Assembly (NCBI RefSeq): GCF_001194135.2
Contig: NC_068981.1
Coordinates: forward strand, 60,898,971-60,962,970
Direction: 5' to 3'
Source: Octopus bimaculoides
Taxonomy: Eukaryota
DNA: 64,000 nt
The translations under genes and the position numbers were made by a program. The notes beneath the pieces are model-generated. The model saw only the letters and a program-made list of their open reading frames with translations. It did no database searches and had not been told where the DNA came from. Position 1 is the stretch's first letter; every line of letters begins with the position of its first letter. Of the stretch, positions 1 to 11,679 are shown piece by piece.

Positions 1-798
1 TGGTCATAGGCTTTGAAGTCAGGACCAGCTCATTATTTTCCCCGGCATTTGCCCTCTAGACCAATGTTATATAATGTAATATTTATTTTGCCTTTTAAAG
101 AATTATTGGTGGATGTGATTTTAGACCGATCTGACTGATTCTTCTAGGTGTTCTCTACTTAGCAACGATGCAGTGTTTATATGCATTAATGTCTACGAAA
201 TATAAATTAGAAATGCTGCTATTTCACTATTCCGCTTATTGGAGAGCAATGTAGTAACAGTGTGGTGTCAAATGCCTCGCGAAATAACTCTCTATATTTT
301 CTTTTATTCATTGCATCACTTCCAACCAAACAGGTATCAAATGAGTCGGTTGCTACATTAGCTGGAAGTAACAGCCAAACTTACTTAACGTCACACCATA
401 ATGTGCGAAGAAATCTTATACGAGTTCGACAAGATGCCTTATTTGCAACGTCTTTAATTCAACTCTCTTCCATTAGGGCTGCCCAAGAACAGAAAATCAA
501 AATCCAATACTACCACATCCTAGCAATGAATACAGATCCAACATGAAAATATGTATGTTGTGTTAGATATACAACAACAATAATGAAAATATCTTGCTTC
601 ATTCTGACCGGTATTAAATTTGGAATGGATACGCTTCCCAATCAAGTAATGCCTAAAGAATCGAAACGAGAAAATTTGTGTAAACCATTAAGAAGACCAA
701 TAATTTATAAATACTGTTTTATTTAAATTTGTTAGCGAAATATATATAAAATATTTCAAAACTGTTATTTTTTTATGTGTATACGAAAGAGGAAGATA

Positions 799-829
<31 letters not shown>

Positions 830-929
830 AATGCGCTTGTTTCCTGAAGGGAATCTGGAGCAATGCAGCTACGCATTTTATACATACAAAATGAAGAACT
901 TTGGGTATCAAAGAAACATTCTGTTGGAA

Positions 930-1160
930 AGAAAATGATTTGCACCTTGCCAGTAAGGTTAAAAGCTAATAATTGGTTTTAGATTAATTTAGCCATTAAA
1001 AACCTATGGGGATTGCTGCAAGCAACAAAGAAGCAAAACAACAAGTTTTCTTTAATACGAACGCTGAAACGTTCATTGTCAATTCTAATCAAGACATCAA
1101 ACACAATATATTATTAGGTAAAGTTCTATTGCATGCTGTTCGAAGTCTGAATGTAAGCTA
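930..1160 (+). pseudogene. Possible highly degraded Tc1-like (DD34E) transposase C-terminus
   Basis: Translation INLAIKNLWGLLQATKKQNNKFSLIRTLKRSL...MLFEV resembles the Tc1/Tc3 'SPDLNPIENLWG.L...F..EELK.AI...MP.RIFEV' tail. A possible right TIR end (...ttatccctgTA) lies near 1598. Weak similarity only. Confidence 0.25.
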
Positions 1161-1599
1161 TTGCGGCAAAATGAAATCGCTTCCATTAGGTTTACAGCGG
1201 TAAAATCAGTTAATGTGGACATTTCATAAAAGCTTTAAATCTCCAAATTTTCTGCCCTCTCAATTGTTTATACGGGCAAAGCAATTTAGTTACATTTGGA
1301 CGTATATAATGAAATGATAAGAGTAGCATTATATTCGACTGGAATTCTGCCATTAAGTTCTGAAGGGCTGTGTATCAATAAACACATTAATTCACAACTA
1401 GAGATTGATTCTGGTTTCAGTGTTTATGTATCTCAGTGTTCAGATAATATATTCGAACAACAATAGAGACAAAGTGCATTCAGAGGAGACATTTCTTTAG
1501 CTTTCAAGAAGTACGAAACTTTAATATTCTTCAAAGAAAGATCCTTTGATTTCATTGCACATGTTGCTGCTCAGCAGTCACTTCGTGAATTATCCCTGT

Positions 1600-2818
1600 A
1601 AGTCCTCGAAAGTGAAGATATCCTTGTCCAGGACCAATGTCACAGCTTTTGCATCTTTTCAATGACTTACAAACGATCGCCCCAGTGTTATCTACCAGCT
1701 TGAAGAACAACCGAAATTCATAGTGGGCAAGGTCTGGAGAATAGGTATGACCAAGGAAGGTCTGTGAAGCACTTGGTTACCAGAATGGAATTGTGTATTG
1801 TCTTGGTGCAGGTATCATCAACCCGAATGGAAAATCACAGGGCTTTTACGACAAAATATGTTCCTAAACACCACCAAAACCACCTCAAAGTAACATTTGT
1901 TTACCATTGGGCTAGACGAAACCTAGCATCATATATGATGCCCTTCCTGTCAACATAGGGGTTCATCGAGATTTTCACGGTGGACATATTTTGTGTGGAC
2001 ACCTTAGGCTTCGGTGAGCCAGGATGCTTCTATTGGGTACTGTCTCTTGGTCTCTGATTCACAAAAACTTTCCTGACAGGTTACCAGAGACACAAGTAAT
2101 CTTGGATTGGACATAATGAGTTCAACCATTTCCTTGCACACGCCAACGCGCCTTTCCTTTTGTTTATCTTTCAGCACCCTCGTTACAAAGTTTGTCCAAA
2201 TTTAGCCCACGTTTAGATTTTCATGTGTACTTCTGCGTACAGCTTCTATACCCACTCCAAATTTTGAACCAGAAAACTGCGAAATTTCTCAACTAGCTCT
2301 GATGTTCTGACGTTCCTCTCCTTCCCACTTCTCTAATCGTGTCTGATCTCTCTAGCGTCATGGGATTTCTTGTACCAGCTGAAAACCGGACGTAGATTTA
2401 AATGCAACTGATATGCATCCGAGAACGTGAACATCACTATCTTGCTAACTAACATCCTCAGTAACACTTAAGATTCTTCCTCGTCACAACGTATAGATAC
2501 ACGGTAACTGATACTCATGAGCGTGTAAGTCTTATATCTACAACTTACATATACTAATGTTCACGTCTTCATATTTTAATATTGTTTCCGTTCCAGCAGT
2601 TATATTTCAAACCACGATTGCTAGAGCATGAACACTTTATAACTCGATCCATGCTACTTGTAACTGTATTCATTTTATTGAATTATAGATCTGCAATACC
2701 CGATTAAATTTGTACTGGCTGGAGATTAAATTGACATACAGTTCAAAATGAGATCATTATCCACCATTTCCTAACTCTGAACTCCAGAGCCGGAAGTTGC
2801 TATTTTAGAATAGCCGTA
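1600..2818 (-). mobile_element. Degraded mariner (DD34D, irritans-like) transposon, transposase pseudogene
   Basis: Minus-strand translations include VFSWYKK, VLKDKQKERRVGVCKEMVELIMSNPRLLVSLVTCQES..ETKRQ and the mariner motif YSPDLA (about 1724-1745). Many stops and frameshifts. A TIR-like end (TAcggctattctaaaa...ttccgg) lies near 2817. Confidence 0.75.
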
Positions 2819-3235
2819 CGAACTTGTGCAGAAAAACAAACTGCTGCGCGGGAAAGACCTCATTATTACTATTATGTAAACTCCAAATCTAATAATCGTA
2901 TATTCTTGAAGGCAAAGCAACACACAAACGCAGATATACTATTATGAATATTATTAATGCATGCATACAAGCACATTCAGAAACATAAGCACTTATATTA
3001 CAGAGGTACGGAAAGCGAAGGTGAAAGCATAGAAGATACATGCACAGATATACATAAATATATNNNNNNNNNNNNNNNNNNNNNNNNNNNNNNNNNNNNN
3101 NNNNNNNNNNNNNNNNNNNNNNNNNNNNNNNNNNNNNNNNTATATATATATATATATATATATATTGTGTGTGTGTGTGTGTGTGTGTGTGTACGTATAG
3201 AGAGAGAAAGAGAGAGATATATGTATATATTTATA

Positions 3236-4892
3236 TTGGCATGCCTCACCCTAAGTCGTAAATTGGTTCCAGGAGACGCGACCTAAGTCCAATTAACTTG
3301 TCTCTACACTAGGCTAGGTCGAATTTACATGAATCTAGTCTTAACCGATAATTACCATTCCCAGTTCTGTACTTTATTTATGAATGCATCTTCAATAATA
3401 CATGGTTTATAAAAACCTATTTTAAGCTTTCAAACAAATAATCTTAATTTTATGATACAGTACAGTAAAACAAAAATGTAATCTAAATTTACGATAACAA
3501 ATTGGCAGTGTTTACCGTACATCGCTGACGCTTTATTTATGAATGCAGTTTGCAATAAGATATGGTAAAATAAAAGCCTTTTTTATGTTTAAAAAGTAAG
3601 TTCAGTAATTACTATTATTTTGCAATATGAAAAAAACCTACATTATTTTAAGTTTACCAATACGTATATACAGTTTGGTGGTTTATATCGCGGATGTAGA
3701 TGGCTGTGGATCGTGAACATCAGCAGCTGACAGTGGCTGTTCTTGCAGTTCGATGCGGTTAAAAATCCGTTTGAGAGTTCCTTCAACTGTCTTCTTCTTT
3801 TCCTCAAGGATTACGTTATAAGGATCAAAATCTTCGTGACAAGCTCCCATAATCTTGTAGAAACGTTGAGCATTTGGATCCATATCCTCGAACATAGAAA
3901 ACCTTTTCTCGATATATGCAAATGCTTGCTGAATTTCCTTAATGGTACTTGGCTCAGGTTCGACTTTCTCTTCTTCTTTCTTTTGATAGAGTTTGTGAAG
4001 CTCTATCAAATGCTCGTACATCAGGGGCTGCTTGTCTTTTTCAAATAAATCTATGAAATCCTTCTCCTCCAAATCCATTTCCAGTTCTTTGCTCGTAGTC
4101 ACCAATGTTTTGTTGACAACATTATCAAACCCCTTAAAATCATTCACGAATTGTGGGCGTAGGTTCTTCCATACACCATTCTTAGCCTTGCTCTGTACAT
4201 CATTCCATGCTGCTGCTATGCTCTGTACAGACTTGTAATTATCATATCTCTTCCAAAAGTCACGAAGTGTGATGGATTCATCAGGATCAGCTGCAACTAT
4301 TGCTCGCTGCAGCGTACGCTTCATATAGTAACAGTTCATATAGTAAGGCCTTTTTTATAGCGTTTTATCACAGCCAGTTTACCATTCAACGTAATAGCAT
4401 GACACTTTGCACTTTCACAATAAATTTTCTTAGTCGCTATGGGGACGAAAAAATTAAGTCACGAATGAATGAGAATGTGCAAGTAGCCGATAAACAGTCA
4501 TAAACAAATCTGAATTGAGTACAATCGCGAGAATCACGAGTGACAACGACGTTTAACAATAGATATTGGAGCTATAGTGCAATATGTGCTCTGAAAGACA
4601 TATAAATAAGACTGATTTCATGATTTCTTTCACTAAGCTACTCTACTTGATGGTGTGTACCTTAACATTTACTGTACATATTTTAATATGATTTTATATG
4701 ATTTGATTGTTATTTATTGTAGAGTAACATGATTTTATGTGCTTTCAACGGTTTTCTAGTGATTTTATGATCTTAATATCTGTGGCGGACAGACGTAAAG
4801 TCGAGAAAAATTATTTAACTTGATTTTATTTTTCCATATATTATTTTTGAAAACCGACGTATAATTGAGAATCATTTAAATGGGATGCCTTG
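3236..4892 (-). mobile_element. Tigger/pogo-family DNA transposon, internally deleted
   Basis: TA-flanked ends (TA at 3234-3235 and 4893-4894) with decayed ggcat(g/c)cc TIRs and Tigger-type subterminal text (tttttctcgactttacg; gtcgcgtctcctggaaccaatttacgact). An N-terminal HTH fragment KCHAITLNGKLAVIKRYKKG (4347-4407) abuts a Tigger1-like C-terminus. Confidence 0.85.
3683..4339 (-). CDS. Open 218-aa ORF: C-terminal portion of a Tigger1/TIGD1-like pogo transposase (lacks the CENP-B HTH and most of the DDE_1 domain)
   Basis: YYMKRT..AI...LRDFWKRYD..AWNDV..NGVWKNL..FVNDFKGF..FEDMDPNAQRF..YNVILEEKKK matches the Tigger1 transposase tail from memory. Homology is confident; expression is unknown. 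Confidence 0.6.
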   Translation of the reverse strand: MNCYYMKRTLQRAIVAADPDESITLRDFWKRYDNYKSVQSIAAAWNDVQSKAKNGVWKNLRPQFVNDFKGFDNVVNKTLVTTSKELEMDLEEKDFIDLFEKDKQPLMYEHLIELHKLYQKKEEEKVEPEPSTIKEIQQAFAYIEKRFSMFEDMDPNAQRFYKIMGACHEDFDPYNVILEEKKKTVEGTLKRIFNRIELQEQPLSAADVHDPQPSTSAI

Positions 4893-7453
4893 TACATGTG
4901 TAAATGAGTATACATACACACCCCACACACTCATACACATATAAATAGATATATAGATACACACTCACACACACACACATATATATATANNNNNNNNNNN
5001 NNNNNNNNNNNNNNNNNNNNNNNNNNNNNNNNNNNNNNNNNNNNNNNNNNNNNNNNNNNNNNNNNNNNNNNNNNNNNNNNNNNNNNNNNNNNNNNNNNNN
5101 NNNNNNNNNNNNNNNNNNNNNNNNNNNNNNNNNNNNNNNNNNNNNNNNNNNNNNNNNNNNNNNNNNNNNNNNNNNNNNNNNNNNNNNNNNNNNNNNNNNN
5201 NNNNNNNNNNNNNNNNNNNNNNNNGAGAGACAGAGAGAGAGTGAAAGGGAGCAGGAATTTATGTTTATGTTTGTCGTCTATGAATATAACTTTCCTAATC
5301 GTTATTCATGATTTTTTACACTGCAGTTTGGGGCAATGTTTTTTAAAAAAATCTTGAGACACATTGGTAGTCTTTAATCAATCTTTCTTTCATTAATAAA
5401 CCTATTTTATGATTTTGATTAAATTTAAGCTATATAATCCAATATAATTGTTCCAATTCAAGTGGCATTCTACTACATTGATATATCATTCAGATTTAAA
5501 ACAAACACATACAGTTATAAAAATAAATTTAATGATATTGTTTGGACAATGAATTTTATGTTGATAAGCGTGCCTTTGGTTTAAATATATTCTCATATAT
5601 ATTCGGATATATAATTGCATCAGTTTCTTTGCTCAAACATATATGAAGTTATGATATGCATATTCGCTGCCTAACCCTGTAATCAATCATTTGTTAAAAC
5701 ACGCGTTGTATAATGTATAAAAGTACACCTGTGTACGTTCCTAGTTGTATACACAGTTTTGCAGTTATATCACTGACATTTTGCAATGGAACACGTATTC
5801 TTTGAAGAATAGACTATTTAACATTTTCACTTCTAGCAGACATTCTAACAAAATTACATATTAACAATCACTTCGACAATATTGAATGTATTAAGAAATT
5901 TCATATCTAATAAATTTATAGCATATATGTATAATATTTTGAAGGCAAAAAACACGTTTTCCTGGAACAGAGTTACTTAAGAGAAACATTTTAACTTCGA
6001 ATCTATATTTTTGTCTCAATGACTTTTTTCTACTTTTAATGATGCTTCTTTGAACTACTTACTGATTTGTTTGCAGCAAGCGTGTTAAATGAATGAAAAA
6101 ACAAAACACAAGAAAAAAAGAACAACATTCACAGAACAACTGAAGAATGTCAGTAATTTCTTGGGAGATTTTTTTCCGTAATGTAGAGAATTCGTATGAT
6201 TGCTTTCTTTTTAAAACCCCTCTAATGGACGCGGATATTATTTTTTAATAATTTAATTTCTTTCCAAATGTCTTTTGCCTTCCACTAATCTTTAGAAATG
6301 TATCTGTTGTGTACTGCTGTCGATTTATACGACTATTTCCGCTGCACTTCGCGAAATAAAAACAATGAGTTGTGCCCGTTTGCAAAAGTTAGAAGGGAAG
6401 AAACATTTTTGCACGATAATTTAAATCATCAAAAATATCCGGAAAATAGCTGCTTTTGCTTTCTAGAAGTCTGTTAAGGAAGTACCTGTCACGAACTGTC
6501 TTAGAGTAACTAGAATACTCCTACCCCGCCTCGGCATGAAACAAATTAAAAGAATCTATGCCCTTGTGTATATATTGGAAGTCAATAGTTTGTACAAAAT
6601 ATTTAGAATCCTCAAAACTACATGAAAAAAAAAATCAATTAGATTTGGAATGCGCAACACTTGATTTAGCAGGCAAAATATCATTCCTGTAAATGTTCAT
6701 ATAATATCATATTAAATATTTTTGTTCGTATCGTTGTTGAACGGAAGGAGCGAGTGAAAGGCAGACGATGTTTCACAGAAGTGAGTATTCTACCATTACA
6801 CTATTTTGTAGTATTTGCCGTGTAGTAGTATTGTGATGTTTTTTTTTAGCTATGTTGTGCTTTCAGAACTTTTGAGTGCTTTTGTTTGTGCTTTTGTTTT
6901 ATTTGTCATCTTCCATAAATTTTTCTTTTCATCAGTTTATAATTTTTAAGATAAAATTTCGTTTGTTGATTTAGCAAATAAGATTTTTTAAAATAAGACT
7001 TAATATTAATGTCATGTGTGTCATATAACTGACAATATTGTCTGTTAAGCCCCTGTAGGTTTTTACTTCGAAGAATGCAAAGCACATCACTTTCGAGCAA
7101 CATGAAAAATAATGACATAAAAAGTGCCAAATAACTTAAAGTCTGTATTAACATTCTATGAAATTTAAAATGCTGACGTCTAACAATACGAAAACGAACC
7201 TGACTTCTACATATCTGACATTATTTATAAGTTTTCTGGTACATTTTCGTCTGTCGTATCTTTGATTACCAATGCTATCTATGATAAATTCGATGCATGA
7301 GCCACAAAACGTGCGATCCAGACACTCCAATGTTTCAAATAAAGAAATTCTTATGTAACTGAAAACCCCATTTTAACTACTGAAGAGAATGTTGTTGACG
7401 CTACTGTTGTGTGTATATGTGTGGCGTGTGCTAGTATATATAAAAAAAAACAC

Positions 7454-7700
7454 GAAAGTTCATTCCTGAGTCATATAGACTCTTAGGGCCGGTTTCCTAT
7501 TTCTATGGCATATATATTCCCCACCTGGACGGGCCGTCAGTCTGTCAAAGAATTACTAATTTTTCCCAGCTGAGTGAATTGGAGCAACGTGAAATGAAGT
7601 GTTATGCTCAAGAACACATTCCGTCGCCCCTTCCTGGAATCGAAACCACAATCTTACCATCAAGAGTCTATCATCCTAATTATTAAGCCACGCACCTTTA
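7454..7700 (-). mobile_element. tRNA-derived SINE with a V/Meta-like central domain
   Basis: The reverse strand starts ggtgcgtggcttaataattagg...gtttcgattcc (A/B-box-like), then gtgttcttgagc-aacacttcatttcacgttgctcc and gactgacggcccgtccaggtggggaa...gaaaccggccc. Confidence 0.75.
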
Positions 7701-9835
7701 CGTGCTTGTGTGAAGTGAGAAAAATGATTGTTTCTCCTGTGAAGATATTCTAACAGTGATTTGATTCGTAAACTGGTATACACCTAACTGAGGACCATAT
7801 TTAATTTCTTACAGGCGTTTCTACTGCGCAGAATGAGAAGTTTGTAATTTCTCCTTGTCAGCTGACTTCTGTTAAAAAAATGTTGCGTTGATAACTTCCA
7901 TTGTAACTGTTTTCGATGAGAACGATAACCGAACTTTCCAGAAGTGACCATTCTGTCTTATTAGATGTGACTTGAACAACTTTATGACAAAGACTTTTAG
8001 TTCAAAGTGCACAGATATGATTTCAGGAAACCATTTAAAGAATCTTCTATATTAATTTCTGACGTTAGCAAAATAGGAGGCACTTATTTTTTACTGAGTC
8101 AACGTGCTTTTCATTTTACAGTCATTCGAGTACATATATGTAAATGAATACTAGATTATTAGAATAGTAAATCAGGAATATCCCAGTAGATCAAACGGTT
8201 CCAAAAATGTTTATCATTATGTAAGGGGTTAATCCGCATTGAACAAATATTATGAACTGGGACTATGTTGAAACCTGAATGGATATTAAGTATTTTGAAA
8301 CCCATACATTCCTCCTAAACCAATGGTTTGATTAACTAAAACATTTGCCAATGGGCATTTTCAATCTGCAGATGATTTTAAAGTTCACCACTCGATATTT
8401 GTAGCTTGCTATTACATGTACAAACAATGGGTATGTTATTTTGCTTTCGTTGTCGTTTGTTACAATGAAGGTAAATGTCATTTACTTTATATACCTATCA
8501 AGACTTACTTGCTGTTATAAGCTAGTCTCCATCCGCTTCTAATCCAAGAAATCTTTAGTCAATCTATAATTGGGTATCGAGGATATTTCTTGTGGAATTA
8601 CAATTCTAATTAGTAAGCACTTCCAAAGCAAGCTCATTATGTCTACATTATAAATGTGTTTATGCATTGAAACATAACCCTCTACTATTTTTTCTAATCT
8701 GATGTTGCTTCCATGTCAGCAGCTTCTGTTTCTCCTTTATCTGTTGCACTAAGCAATTTAGATCGCTTTTTGTATATATACCAAACCAGCAATTTCTTGC
8801 AGTAAATATTTCTTCAAATATTCATATTAATCAAAGATTTTTAATGCAAAATATTACGGTAATAATTTTTTCATTACTTAACTCGTAGATGGCAGGGAGT
8901 CGATGATTGTATCTTCATTCATGTATATTTTTGTTATCCATTAAATTCGTAGATGCTCTTGATTGATCCAAAGGATGCTACTAAATTTAAATATTTCACG
9001 ATCTTTCATATTTGAAATTACTTTTCATCTAAATATTTCATTTTCTTTATATTATCAATAATATACACAAATGCCAAATGAAATTCACTTACATATATTT
9101 CCTGTGGTTATACAGATAATTCCTAATAAATAAGGTAAAAGCAAAAAATAAAGCTATGAGAAATACATGTTTTAATATAATAATTATAGTAAATTAAAAT
9201 ATGTATTATTATAAGATGAATGATTTTAAATAAAACAGTTGAGAATGAAAATTACCTTATATTTCAAGTAACCACTAATATTCAATAGCATAGCCAAAAT
9301 GTCAGTTTTGTTTCCAGGACTAGTGAAAGGGAAGAAGCGTAAGATATTGACCTACATTCGATTGTAAAATATGCTAGGGATATTCGGAAAGTGCCAATTG
9401 TGTGCACCCATTTAGTGTACATGTCATTTGTTCATGGAGGGTTATTAGATAACCTGTATCAATTTTTTTATTTTTAATATTGAAAGTACAGAACTTTATT
9501 GAAATTTTACCTATTATATAGGGGATCAGTTTTATATGATGCGTTGTGCTTAATTACAGCAAGTTTAGCTAGGAATTTGTTAAATTAACAACTTCGTTAT
9601 GAGAATTAATTGATTCAATGGTTTCGATGCAGTAGTTTAATGGCTAGTGCAAAGCTAATGTAGATTGTATTCTGCACGAACAACGTCAACACGCAAACAA
9701 ACAGATATTATTGAGGCATATATATAAAATTGAATTTTATAGCAGCCAAAATAAAAGTTTATCGGTATTTTGGGCACTACATTTAAAAGAGATACTGTTG
9801 TATGTGCATAACTGCTTTTATATAATATATATATA

Positions 9836-9868
9836 CGTGGTGTGATCAATAGGTATCCGGACTGGTGC
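9836..9868 (+). mobile_element. Solo mariner-type terminal inverted repeat
   Basis: TA|cgtggtgtgatcaataggtatccggactggtgc follows a (TA)n run and resembles irritans-type mariner TIRs. No transposase follows. Confidence 0.45.
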
Positions 9869-9876
9869 TATAAATA

Positions 9877-10250
9877 CAAATGAATAACCAGGGGACGGCC
9901 GATGAAACACCGAGGATGCAGTGTACCAAGCAAACGTAGCCCGAAACGGAAGCAGCACAAATATCAATAGCATCAATGCCAGCACAGGGATACAAACTAA
10001 AATTTATGTTGGATCTTTTAAACCCAGATTTAAAATTCGCCTGAATAAGCTCAGACCTTCTTTCAGGGTGCCGAAAAGACGCAACACAAAAACACTTGCA
10101 GCATACATATGGCACCTAAAGGACGATCATACGCCCTTTAACATCATGTGGAAATTACTGGAAGCTTGTGGACTCTATCATAATGGTATAAGACTGTGCA
10201 AATTGTGCTTGGCAGAAAGATTTATAATTCTCATGAACTCACATCTTCAA
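9877..10250 (+). mobile_element. Penelope-like retroelement relic: GIY-YIG endonuclease (C-terminal-EN type, Hydra-like motif pattern)
   Basis: ORF 9921-10292: AVYQANV...KIYVGSFKPRFKIR...SFR...TLAAYIWHLK...FNIMWKLL...Y.NG..LCKLCLAERFII. This has split GIY/YIG-like motifs and a C-terminal CxxC; the upstream NE*PGDGR*NT is the decayed Cys linker. Confidence 0.8.
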
Positions 10251-10493
10251 CAGCATAGCCAAAAGGTCAGTTTTGTTTCCAGGACTAGATAACCTGTTAT
10301 TAGATAACTCCAGGACGGAAGGCGTGGAGAGTTGTCCACATTTTATTAAATTTTTACTTCAAAACAGGAAAACGTAGCTAGCAAGTGAAGGAGGACAACT
10401 CGCCAGGCCATATTTTTAAAGAGAATTATTTCTTGAAATATCACCTGCGTTCTTGTGTTTTAAAATAAACATTCTTTGCATAGAACGGTTACT

Positions 10494-10556
10494 GTTTAGA
10501 GAAACTGAAGAGATGTCTAGTTCACGATAGATATGAAAACTGGTTCTTTTCTAAAC
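10494..10556 (+). ncRNA. Minimal type I hammerhead ribozyme fold (slightly degenerate)
   Basis: gtttagagaaa-CTGAAGA-g-atgtcta[gttcacga]tagatat-GAAA-a[ctgg]t-TC-ttttctaaac: about 10-bp stem I, 7-bp stem II, 1-bp stem III with a near-palindromic loop, and cleavage triplet UUC (cut after 10546). It lies about 250 nt downstream of the PLE endonuclease. Confidence 0.6.
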
Positions 10557-10652
10557 TTATGTTACGCTTACACAAATATATATATATATATGTGTGTGTG
10601 TGCGTGTTCGTATGTGTGTGTGAGTGTGTGTATGTGTGTGTGTGTGTGTGTG

Positions 10653-10848
10653 TTATTTCTTTACTACCCACAAGGGGCTACACACAGAGGGGACAAACAA
10701 GGACAGACAAACGGATTAAGTCGATTATACCAACCCCAGTGCATAACTGGTACTTATTTAATCGACCCCGAAAGGATGAAAGACAAAGTCGACGTCGGCG
10801 AAATTTGAACTCAGAATGTAACGGCAGACGAAATACCGCTAAGCATTT
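10653..10848 (-). mobile_element. tRNA-derived SINE, family A (head lost in the gap)
   Basis: Shares gaaaggatgaaag.caaagtcgac.tcggc.gaatttgaactcag with copies at 13640, 47826, 51660 and 56745. Confidence 0.85.
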
Positions 10849-11103
10849 NNNNNNNNNNNNNNNNNNNNNNNNNNNNNNNNNNNNNNNNNNNNNNNNNNNN
10901 NNNNNNNNNNNNNNNNNNNNNNNNNNNNNNNNNNNNNNNNNNNNNNNNNNNNNNNNNNNNNNNNNNNNNNNNNNNNNNNNNNNNNNNNNNNNNNNNNNNN
11001 NNNNNNNNNNNNNNNNNNNNNNNNNNNNNNNNNNNNNNNNNNNNNNNNNNNNNNNNNNNNNNNNNNNNNNNNNNNNNNNNNNNNNNNNNNNNNNNNNNNN
11101 NNN

Positions 11104-11135
<32 letters not shown>

Positions 11136-11679
11136 GATGTCTTATAAAACTCTTCCGTATATACAATAACAGACATACCTAAAATCCAACACAACTCCAT
11201 CATCAGCTGCCTCACAGATAAGCTATGGCTTATGTATATAAACAAATCTACGTACACATGCTCACACACATATATATATTTATATGCACATATTCAGTAA
11301 GGTGCTGGTGTAGTAAGTGTTTATAATCCAAACCTATAATTTAGCATTTAGCTAAACGGTAATCACCATTAATTATTTTTCTCTTTATCTAGGTTTCTTG
11401 TTGTTGTTATGGTTGTTATTATTTTACATATGTCCGATTTAGATCGTCTAGTAAGTCTAATTAAGGCATTTTCATTAAAGTTTGCTTTAATCTGCACTAT
11501 AAACATGTATGGAGAACATGAATTTGCTTTCATGCTGGCTGATATACATAACTGTTTGTTCTTTTATGTCACCTATACCTCTTAATTAACTAAGTGGCAT
11601 ATCGTCAGTTAAGACGACGAGTGTTGATTGAATGCTGTACTCTTTCACAACAACTTTCTCTCACTCTTACTTCCCGTTT

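Noticed and set aside
370-480. Minus-strand pseudo-exon with a good acceptor (ttctgttcttgggcag) and donor (aa|gtaagt)
   Set aside because: It has stops in all three frames and no supporting neighbouring exons; it could only be non-coding and needs RNA-seq.
6750-8620. Possible donor at about 6781, acceptor at about 7814, and protein-looking frame stretches
   Set aside because: Frames are interrupted by frequent stops, no family motif is recognisable, and this is consistent with chance in AT-rich DNA.
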